Origin: an uncultured Pseudomonadota bacterium
GTDB lineage: Bacteria > Babelota > Babeliae > Babelales > Vermiphilaceae
Length of the DNA stretch: 13,359 bases
Direction: 5' to 3'
Assembly: GCA_964533545.1 (NCBI GenBank)
Contig: CAZHJT010000003.1
Span: 7,190-20,548, forward strand
Below are positions 1-5,631 of this stretch, piece by piece. The position numbers were made by a program, and so were the translations under genes. Under the pieces are notes generated by a model. That model did no database searches. It had not been told where the DNA came from and saw only the letters and a list, made by a program, of their open reading frames with translations. The first letter of the stretch is position 1, and every line of letters begins with the position of its first letter.

Positions 1-52
1 GCGCGCATTTCGTGCGTGGTGCTTTAAATGTATAAAAATAGAATCATTAATC

Positions 53-1060
53 TTGGATGCTGGTGCTAGCAAAGGTAAACTTCTACCCATTATGTATGAT
101 GCTGCTATCATGTGGCCAATGATGGAAATGGGTGGCACGCACACGCAGTTTATTCCTGACATTTTTTTAACGCGTACTATTACACCGTTAAATGATTTTC
201 AGGTTTCTAGCGATGATCTAAAAAAAGCGGTACGCCGTGTGTTACGAAATCAAAAAGTATATCCAACCGTGCAACATCGTGATGATGCTGCAACCGTGCA
301 TGATCGCCAAGAAAACCGAGGATCTGCGGTGCTTCTGATTTCACATTCTCCAGAGCATACGCGGCATCTGCTTGATTTTATGCATACGCAAACGGTGAAA
401 AAAAATCGTAGCAAAACGGCAAGACCTTCATCATGTTGTGTGCTTTGTGATGCAAACAGTAACCAAGCATCTGCGTATGCTGCATTAGCACAGCAGTATT
501 CAACGGCAACCTTTTTACGTGCAGATACAAAGGGAAGCAATCTATTAAGCTCCCAACTGGCAGCCTATCTGCAATCGATACCAGAAAACCATGTGGTTGT
601 TCTGTCCGATGTTATGGCGGCCGAGCTGGAAGATTCACTTGATAGCCTGTTGGATACTAACGATGATTTTGACACCATACTTGGTCAGGAGACTATTAAA
701 GCTGTCGATACATCTGGTAGGAACCATGATGCACTCTACGATTCTATTAATGAACTTGAGCGCACCTATGCCTATGCGCTCTATTTTGGTTTGACGAGTG
801 ATGATTTTGTTCAGCATCCTGATCAGCCCGAGCCACAGCGTCCATTTGAGCTGCTCAATAACGGTTTGGGGGTTTGGCAGTTTAAATGTTGCACGCCGGC
901 GCACTGGCAGGAGCAGAATGTTGCTCCGGTGCTGTATCGCGTGACCGACCTGGTAAAGCTGCTCAAACGTATACCATCAAATTCTCTTGATCAGTTGATT
1001 GATCAATGGAAGCTTGCGGCGATTGCACCAGAGCGCGTCGGACTCTTTTATGCGCGATAG
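53..1060 (+). CDS. Hypothetical protein of 335 aa; no domain recognised. The 5' end is uncertain: the frame is open back to nt 2, with TTG at 53 and the first ATG at 92, so the gene may start upstream of the window.
   Basis: Long ORF with no internal stops. An acidic stretch DSLDSLLDTNDDFD sits mid-protein. The AT-rich sequence just upstream (TTTAAATGTATAAAAATAG) looks promoter-like. No family recognised from the sequence. Confidence 0.45.
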   Translation: MDAGASKGKLLPIMYDAAIMWPMMEMGGTHTQFIPDIFLTRTITPLNDFQVSSDDLKKAVRRVLRNQKVYPTVQHRDDAATVHDRQENRGSAVLLISHSPEHTRHLLDFMHTQTVKKNRSKTARPSSCCVLCDANSNQASAYAALAQQYSTATFLRADTKGSNLLSSQLAAYLQSIPENHVVVLSDVMAAELEDSLDSLLDTNDDFDTILGQETIKAVDTSGRNHDALYDSINELERTYAYALYFGLTSDDFVQHPDQPEPQRPFELLNNGLGVWQFKCCTPAHWQEQNVAPVLYRVTDLVKLLKRIPSNSLDQLIDQWKLAAIAPERVGLFYAR

Positions 1061-1212
1061 ACAACAAGTAATCATGGACTTTATGACATACAGGAGCAAT
1101 CACTGTGTGCCATGTTTATTTTGAAAGAGGTTTTTGGAAAAAGAAAGAGTGGCACTACTACGCCCTGCGGACTTCGACTTGTTCTACGTAGTTTTAACGA
1201 AGTAGAAAGTGC

Positions 1213-1251
1213 ATGGCCTGCCATACGAAGCTCCGTAGGAGCGAAGTATGG
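1213..1251 (-). repeat. Copy 1 of a conserved tRNA 3' trailer element (TGGCCTGCCATACGAAGC..GCGAAGTATGGTG). It carries a 9-nt insertion, CCGTAGGAG, that forms an extra GCTCC/GGAGC hairpin.
   Basis: Near-identical sequence lies next to tRNA-Ser (1376-1411) and tmRNA (11794-11826). It overlaps the encoded CCA. In the RNA sense, CCAUAC...GUAUGG forms a stem. Confidence 0.6.
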
Positions 1252-1325
1252 TGCGCCCAAAAGGAGTTGAACCTTTAACCTCCAGATCCGTAGTCTGACG
1301 CTCTATCCAATTGAGCTATGGGCGC
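1248..1325 (-). tRNA. tRNA-Arg, anticodon ACG.
   Basis: The reverse complement folds as a cloverleaf. Acceptor stem GCGCCCA pairs with TGGGCGC. D stem is GCTC/GAGC. Anticodon stem TCAGA/TCTGG with loop CTACGGA. T arm is AAAGG-TTCAACT-CCTTT. CCA is encoded. Confidence 0.85.
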
Positions 1326-1375
1326 ATGAGATATCAAAAAATTTTTTTGCTTCTCGAAAATCGAGTTAGCGAAGA

Positions 1376-1411
1376 TTGGCCTGCCATACGAAGCTTTATG
1401 CGAAGTATGGT
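1376..1411 (-). repeat. Copy 2 of the conserved tRNA 3' trailer element.
   Basis: GGCCTGCCATACGAAGCTTTATGCGAAGTATGGTGG lies immediately 3' of tRNA-Ser, overlapping its CCA. It differs from copy 3 at one position (T/C). Confidence 0.6.
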
Positions 1412-1500
1412 GGAGAGAGAGGGATTCGAACCCTCGCGTCCGGTATAACCCAAACTCTTGCTTAGCAGGCAAGCGCTTTAAACCACTCAGCCATCTCTCC
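1408..1500 (-). tRNA. tRNA-Ser, anticodon GCU, a type II tRNA with a long variable arm.
   Basis: Reverse complement reads GGAGAGATGGCTGAGTGGTTTAAAGCGCTTGCCTGCTAAGCAAG...GAGGGTTCGAATCCCTCTCTCTCCACCA. Anticodon stem is CTTGC/GCAAG with loop CTGCTAA. T arm is GAGGG-TTCGAAT-CCCTC. CCA is encoded. Confidence 0.85.
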
Positions 1501-1600
1501 CTAATAGGCTTTGTATAAAAAGCTCTGCTAGGACTTTGAAAAGGATACGTGATTTAGCAATTTATGCAAGTAGTTCTACGTTATTTTGATCTATAGGCTA

Positions 1601-2065
1601 TTATCGTTGTAAAAGAGCGTTGATTACAGTCCATGGCCCAAGGTAAGCGAGCGTCATGGCAGTAACTTGCGTTATTCCTGATTTCAAGCTTACTTCATGA
1701 GTATCGCAGGCCTTGCTTGTCAAGGAACTTCCTACCAATGTCGTACCCATAGTAAACCCAACAAAAAGAGCCATTTCGCGGTTGTTAGGCATGCATAAGG
1801 TTGTAATTTCTTCCGCCGCCAGGCCAATTAAGCCAGCCTTGGCGCCATGTATGATATCGGTCTTAATAGTTGAAGGGATTTGGTCGCTGAGACCTCTTGC
1901 GCGTGTCATGATACTTTCACGTTTTTCTGGAGAGAGCACTTTATTTGTTATAGGCAAGCCATGTTGATTCCAAAGATCTTTTGATGGCTTGTCTTGCGAG
2001 CTGCATAATGAGACTGACAGCAACGATGCGCATGCAAAGATCAAGACATGTTTGTAGGTGAACAT
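1601..2065 (-). CDS. Small secreted protein with an N-terminal signal peptide; member P1 of the paralogous Gly/Ala-rich family.
   Basis: Hydrophobic N-terminus MFTYKHVLIFACASLLSVSLCSSQD. The motifs GAKAGLIGLAAEEI and EMALFVGFTMGTTLVGSSL align with P4 and P5 (KKAFFVGMATTSVASLIG). A TTGAAA box sits 73 nt upstream of the start codon. Confidence 0.6.
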   Translation of the reverse strand: MFTYKHVLIFACASLLSVSLCSSQDKPSKDLWNQHGLPITNKVLSPEKRESIMTRARGLSDQIPSTIKTDIIHGAKAGLIGLAAEEITTLCMPNNREMALFVGFTMGTTLVGSSLTSKACDTHEVSLKSGITQVTAMTLAYLGPWTVINALLQR

Positions 2066-2113
2066 ACAGTAATTCTTTCGATAAAAGGTGGAGTTCCTAT
2101 TATTTCACCGAAC

Positions 2114-2143
2114 AACATACTTTCGTTGAGTATAAAATTTCAA
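2114..2143 (-). promoter_or_regulatory. Putative sigma70-type promoter for P1: TTGAAA, an 18-nt spacer, then TATGTT.
   Basis: The same TTGAAA(AT) box recurs 68-73 nt upstream of the start codons of P1, P3, P4 and P5, on the minus strand at 2138-2143, 3091-3096, 4397-4402 and 5281-5286. Confidence 0.35.
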
Positions 2144-2179
2144 CAAAAAAAGCCCCGCCTTTTTTATCAGGCAGGGCTT
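2143..2179 (-). terminator. Rho-independent terminator downstream of P2. It looks the same read from either strand.
   Basis: In the minus-strand RNA the stem is GCCCUGCC / GGCGGGGC: 8 bp including one G-U pair, with a 10-nt loop, followed by a U7 tract. It lies 24 nt after the P2 stop. Confidence 0.65.
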
Positions 2180-2202
2180 TATGGGAGCGATTTTTCACTG
2201 GG

Positions 2203-2616
2203 TTAATTTTTGGTGTGGCGAGACAACTCGAATTCTGGAAGTTTAGACTTTTTAGCTTCAGCGTCTCTTACTTCTTTGATTGGGTTGTCGTGCAAAGTCC
2301 ATATCGCGCCAATAGCTTCGCCTACCAAGGCTATTGCTATGTTTGCAGGATTCAGTTCCCCTTCGGCGACGTAATCAATAGCGCCAGTAGCTACTGCTGC
2401 CAAAAGAGCAGTTGCAGCAACCGACTTCTTAGCAGAAATATCCGCGTTTTCGTGTAGCTGTTGAGATGTGTAGCGCACAAGGGTTTTGCCCGCTGCAAAA
2501 CCAGCAACGCCACTAACGGCTAACTTGAGGCGACTGTTATCTTGTGCAAACGTGGTACCTGCGCTCGTCAATACCACAAGGCTCATCAGAGAGATAAGGC
2601 TATTAGTTCTTTTCAT
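2203..2616 (-). CDS. Small secreted Gly/Ala-rich protein, family member P2. I take the start as MKRTNSLIS at 2616, not the longer ORF beginning at 2646.
   Basis: Signal-like sequence MKRTNSLISLMSLVVLTSAGTTFAQD. It contains the family motifs LAVSGVAGFAAGK and AKKSVAATALLAAVATGAI. The start overlaps the last 14 nt of P3 (ATGAAAAGAACTAA), which suggests translational coupling. Confidence 0.5.
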   Translation of the reverse strand: MKRTNSLISLMSLVVLTSAGTTFAQDNSRLKLAVSGVAGFAAGKTLVRYTSQQLHENADISAKKSVAATALLAAVATGAIDYVAEGELNPANIAIALVGEAIGAIWTLHDNPIKEVRDAEAKKSKLPEFELSRHTKN

Positions 2617-3022
2617 TAGTTGTTCCAGGGATGTAAGATGCTGCAAATGCTACGATTTGTTTGATAGCAAGATCGGTGCCAACATAGGTAGCAATGGTTG
2701 ATAGAACTTGTACCGCTTGAGACTGTAAGCTTGAGTCTTTTATTTTTTCAGCAGCTTCGCCGTTCTTTGTAACCAAAACGATAGCGCTTACGGGTATTTG
2801 TGCTGTGGTTATTGCGCTTGCAACACCAGGAGCGATAGGCGTTAGTTTGTTAGAAGCTGCTTTTGCAACCATCCCGCCACCAGTGAAAATGACTGCTGTG
2901 CCAGCGCCAAGCTTTGCACCAGCTACGACATCTTTTTTAAGCTGTTTTAAGGTGTCATGTGCGCAACTTGTACTAAGCATAGTTAATGCAGAAAGTGCTA
3001 CTACTGAAAAAGTACGTTTCAT
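2603..3022 (-). CDS. Small secreted Gly/Ala-rich protein, possibly a lipoprotein; family member P3.
   Basis: N-terminus is MKRTFSVVALSALTMLSTSCAHD. Gly-zipper-like segment VVAGAKLGAGTAVIFTGGGMVAKAAS. Strong Shine-Dalgarno AAGGAG 8 nt before the ATG. TTGAAA box 69 nt upstream. Confidence 0.6.
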   Translation of the reverse strand: MKRTFSVVALSALTMLSTSCAHDTLKQLKKDVVAGAKLGAGTAVIFTGGGMVAKAASNKLTPIAPGVASAITTAQIPVSAIVLVTKNGEAAEKIKDSSLQSQAVQVLSTIATYVGTDLAIKQIVAFAASYIPGTTNEKN

Positions 3023-3124
3023 GAAAAAGGCTCCTTAATAAGGTGAGGCTATATATTACCAGCGCATAAGCCTATTCTTTTTCATATGATTTTCAACAAA
3101 ACGTACAACAATTGCTCAGAGCGC

Positions 3125-3172
3125 CAAAAATGAGCTCAAAAGCAAAAACGGCCCTGTTTTTTAGACAAGGCC
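3125..3172 (-). terminator. Rho-independent terminator downstream of P4. It sits inside a ~50-nt block that is repeated at 4562-4603.
   Basis: In the minus-strand RNA the stem is GGCCUUG / CAGGGCC: 7 bp including one G-U pair, with a 9-nt loop, followed by GUUUUUGCUUUUG. Confidence 0.6.
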
Positions 3173-3204
3173 GCTTTTATTGTAATCGCTATTTCAGGAG
3201 TTTT

Positions 3205-4329
3205 TTATTTGCGAGAAGTGAGGATTGTTGAGCGCAGCCAAGAGGTTACAGGGCAGCCCTTTTTTTCGACCAGTTTTGGCTGTACAGTTTCTGTGGTTTG
3301 CGTTGCTGCTTCTGGCAAAATTTCTGTTGGAGTTTCGCTTGTTTTTTGCTTTGGCCAGACATAGGCGATTACATAATGACCTATAGTATAGGTAGCCAAG
3401 TCAGCAGCAAGCTGTTTAGCGGTTGTTTCAGGTGTGCGTTCGCCTTGTTGCCCGAGGAGTGATGTAGCACCTGTTGCGACTAGGCCTTTTGCAAATGCTT
3501 TCTTTTCGGTGTCACCATTTTTTTTAGCTATCTGTTCGAGCGTTAAGCCAGCACCAGCAGCGCCAATGGTGATGATAGGATTGTAGCGAACGACCGTAGG
3601 GACAGGAGTTATTGCAGCGGCAACATTACCGAGCGGTTGAATAGGTTGAGCAGAAGACCGTGTGCTTGTAGGGATCAGGGGAGCTTGATTGAGTTGAGCA
3701 GGAGTCGCTGGATTATCAGAGATAGAGCTACTACTACTACTACTGCTGGTGATTGTTGTTGTAGAACTCGCAGAAGCTTGCGTGTGTGGAATAAGGGGTA
3801 ATGTTGTTGAGGCAACTGAGTGGCCTGGGCGAGGCGATGGTGGCGAGCCGAGATGAGTTGTTGTAGTTGTAGTAGTGGTGGTAGTTGAATTACCTGAGAC
3901 AGGCGGTTGTTGGTTGTTTTGTGGCGTAGCTAGAGGAGCTGGTGTAGTTGTAGTGCTAGCGCTAGTTTGAACGTGTTCAGTAGAAGGCAATGTGAGAGTC
4001 TGGCTGGTAGAAGATGTTCCCGCAGTCGCCATTGCCGCTATGGGCTGTTGCTGTTTCGTTGCGTCGATCAGTTTGAGAACCAACGGTTTGCCCAAAATTT
4101 CAGACGTAGACTCAGTTTTTGCGATACAATATATGACCTTACCCTGACCTGTTGAGAAGAAGTAAATGGGTTTTGAATTGTGGTATACAGGCGTGTCGTT
4201 TATCAAAAGAGGATGACGAGTATAATCGCTTGCAAGGCTGGTGCTCACTATAGTCAATGTAGCAAACGCCAAGAAAAGGGTATTCAATCGCTTGCGTCCA
4301 CAAGAGCTTTGTACAGAGTGCATGTGCAT
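3205..4329 (-). CDS. Secreted protein of 374 aa; family member P4. It has an N-terminal extra domain, a long Ser/Thr/Pro mucin-like linker, and a C-terminal module homologous to P5. The start may instead be the Met two codons in, at 4323.
   Basis: Signal peptide MHSVQSSCGRKRLNTLFLAFATLTIVSTSLASD parallels the P5 N-terminus. Low-complexity runs T10 and S9, and TTPAPLATPQNNQQPP. The C-terminus YNPIITIGAAGAGLTLEQIAKKNGDTEKKAFAKGLVATGATSLLGQ aligns with P5. Confidence 0.6.
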   Translation of the reverse strand: MHMHSVQSSCGRKRLNTLFLAFATLTIVSTSLASDYTRHPLLINDTPVYHNSKPIYFFSTGQGKVIYCIAKTESTSEILGKPLVLKLIDATKQQQPIAAMATAGTSSTSQTLTLPSTEHVQTSASTTTTPAPLATPQNNQQPPVSGNSTTTTTTTTTTHLGSPPSPRPGHSVASTTLPLIPHTQASASSTTTITSSSSSSSSISDNPATPAQLNQAPLIPTSTRSSAQPIQPLGNVAAAITPVPTVVRYNPIITIGAAGAGLTLEQIAKKNGDTEKKAFAKGLVATGATSLLGQQGERTPETTAKQLAADLATYTIGHYVIAYVWPKQKTSETPTEILPEAATQTTETVQPKLVEKKGCPVTSWLRSTILTSRK

Positions 4330-4561
4330 CCCCTTATAAAAAAGTGCCAGACCTTATACGTTTTTACATGATTAAGCATACCTTTTTGCGCATTATTTTC
4401 AATGAGAAGTGCTGCTGTGTATCGTGAAGAATGTTGTCAAATGAGAGACTTTACGGTGTTGGTATTCGAATAGAAAAGTTTTTCTGCTGTCTGCGACGCA
4501 CTATTGACCCTGTTCCCCCTCTGTTGGCGTGTGCTTAAAGGGCTGTTGTGAGAACAAAAAA

Positions 4562-4603
4562 TGGGCTCAGAAGCAAAAGTGGCCCTGTTTTTTAGACAAG
4601 GCC
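4562..4603 (-). terminator. Rho-independent terminator downstream of P5. It is a duplicate of the 3125-3172 module.
   Basis: The block ATGGGCTCAGAAGCAAAAGTGGCCCTGTTTTTTAGACAAGGCC is near-identical to 3129-3172: the same GGCCCTG...CAAGGCC hairpin and U-rich 3' side in the minus sense. Confidence 0.6.
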
Positions 4604-4639
4604 CCTTTGAATGTGAAAGTTCACTGTGTCAGGAATCTT

Positions 4640-5209
4640 TTACCCGCGAGCTTTGAGCAATGAGGGTGCCGTCAAGTCCGCTCTTGATGCATTAGGTACT
4701 GGCAAAGCAGGGGTTGTTGGGGCGCTAGTTGCTTCTGGGTTGGGTGTTGTGTTTTGCGCTGCTTTTTTCTTGTTTGCTGGTGGGCAGAAAAAATTGATCG
4801 TATGGTGGATTGCAACATAGAAAAAATTGTCTAAAGCAAGCTGCGTGAAGATTGTTCCAGCAGTATGATCGCCTTGTTGTAATCTCTGTCCGATGAGTGA
4901 TGCTACGCTGGTTGTGGCCATGCCGACAAAAAAAGCCTTCTTTTCGCTCATTTCACATTTTCTTTTTGCTATTTGCTTGGTCAGTGTGCCAACAGTGGCA
5001 GCTGAAATGGTGATGGCAGGGCTGTAGTGAGCGCGTTTATCTAACTGCTGGAGTATTGTTCTGCCGGTAGCATGCAAATTGCTCGTTGCGCGTTGCGCTG
5101 CATTAGTCTGATCGCTTGCAAGGCATGCCTGTGTCGCCGTCAGTGCGGCAAACGTCAAGAACAAGATATTCAATTTCGCGCGGGCAAAAGCGCTTTGTGT
5201 AGAATGCAT
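4640..5209 (-). CDS. Secreted protein of 189 aa; family member P5.
   Basis: Signal peptide MHSTQSAFARAKLNILFLTFAALTATQACLASDQ. Core sequence YSPAITISAATVGTLTKQIAKRK..EKKAFFVGMATTSVASLIGQ is homologous to the P4 C-terminus. The upstream block AAAAAAGTG(C/T)CAGAC(C/G)TTATACG and the ATTTTCAAT box are shared with P4. Confidence 0.6.
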   Translation of the reverse strand: MHSTQSAFARAKLNILFLTFAALTATQACLASDQTNAAQRATSNLHATGRTILQQLDKRAHYSPAITISAATVGTLTKQIAKRKCEMSEKKAFFVGMATTSVASLIGQRLQQGDHTAGTIFTQLALDNFFYVAIHHTINFFCPPANKKKAAQNTTPNPEATSAPTTPALPVPNASRADLTAPSLLKARG

Positions 5210-5297
5210 GTATATGCCTCTGTAAAAAAGTGTCAGACGTTATACGATCTATACAATAAGTGTAATTTGTTGCGTACTATTTTCAATAAGGGGTCAC

Positions 5298-5612
5298 ATG
5301 GCATACAGTGAGGCTGCAACGCAGCGGTCTGTCATTGAAATTCGTGTCGCGCCTAGCTCAGGCAAACAATATTTCGCGCTCGACAAAGCGGGGCGCTTGA
5401 AATGTTACCTCCTTGCCGCACCAGAAAAAGGACAGGCTAACAAAGAGCTGGTGAAGCTGCTTGCCAAGGCGCTTGGTGTAACACAGGCTGACGTGACGAT
5501 TATTGCTGGTGCAACGGGTCGCACCAAATATGTCCGTATACCACTAACGCTTGCGCATGATGAGCTGCTGCAAAAGCTTGGTATACCAAAACAGCTTACT
5601 ATTGCGGGTTAA
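5298..5612 (+). CDS. DUF167 / YggU-family protein (UPF0235), 104 aa.
   Basis: IRVAPSSGKQ...LKCYLLAAPEKGQANKELVKLLAKALGV...VTIIAGATGRTKYVRI matches the YggU pattern (V.P.A....G...V...APP.DG.AN..L...L....V..G..R.K.I). Confidence 0.7.
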   Translation: MAYSEAATQRSVIEIRVAPSSGKQYFALDKAGRLKCYLLAAPEKGQANKELVKLLAKALGVTQADVTIIAGATGRTKYVRIPLTLAHDELLQKLGIPKQLTIAG

Positions 5613-5631
5613 CAAAAAAAGGGGAGTTCTC

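Noticed and set aside
250-904. Short ORFs 250..540(-), 591..794(+) and 635..904(-) inside the 53..1060 gene.
   Set aside because: They are shadow or alternative-frame ORFs nested in a longer ORF. They have odd composition (Cys/Trp-rich) and no supporting signals.
1275-1472. 65-aa minus-strand ORF spanning the tRNA-Ser and tRNA-Arg genes.
   Set aside because: It overlaps two well-formed tRNA genes and the conserved trailer repeats. It is an artefact of the open frame.
4626-4820. 64-aa plus-strand Gly/Ala-rich ORF antisense to P5. Similar antisense ORFs lie opposite P1-P4: 1713..1967, 2215..2457, 2486..2701, 2805..3038, 3967..4155, 4180..4371, 5072..5311.
   Set aside because: Reverse-complementing a GCN/GGN-rich gene yields Ala/Gly-rich antisense frames by construction. 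The minus-strand genes have signal peptides, RBSs, promoters, terminators and paralogy. The antisense ORFs have none of these.
5551-5631. Upstream extension of the pilC ORF (MRMMSCCKSLVYQNSLLLRVNKKRGVL...) overlapping yggU.
   Set aside because: The extension lacks GspF homology and overlaps the yggU C-terminus. An RBS AAAGGGGAG precedes the ATG at 5632, where the homologous N-terminus begins.
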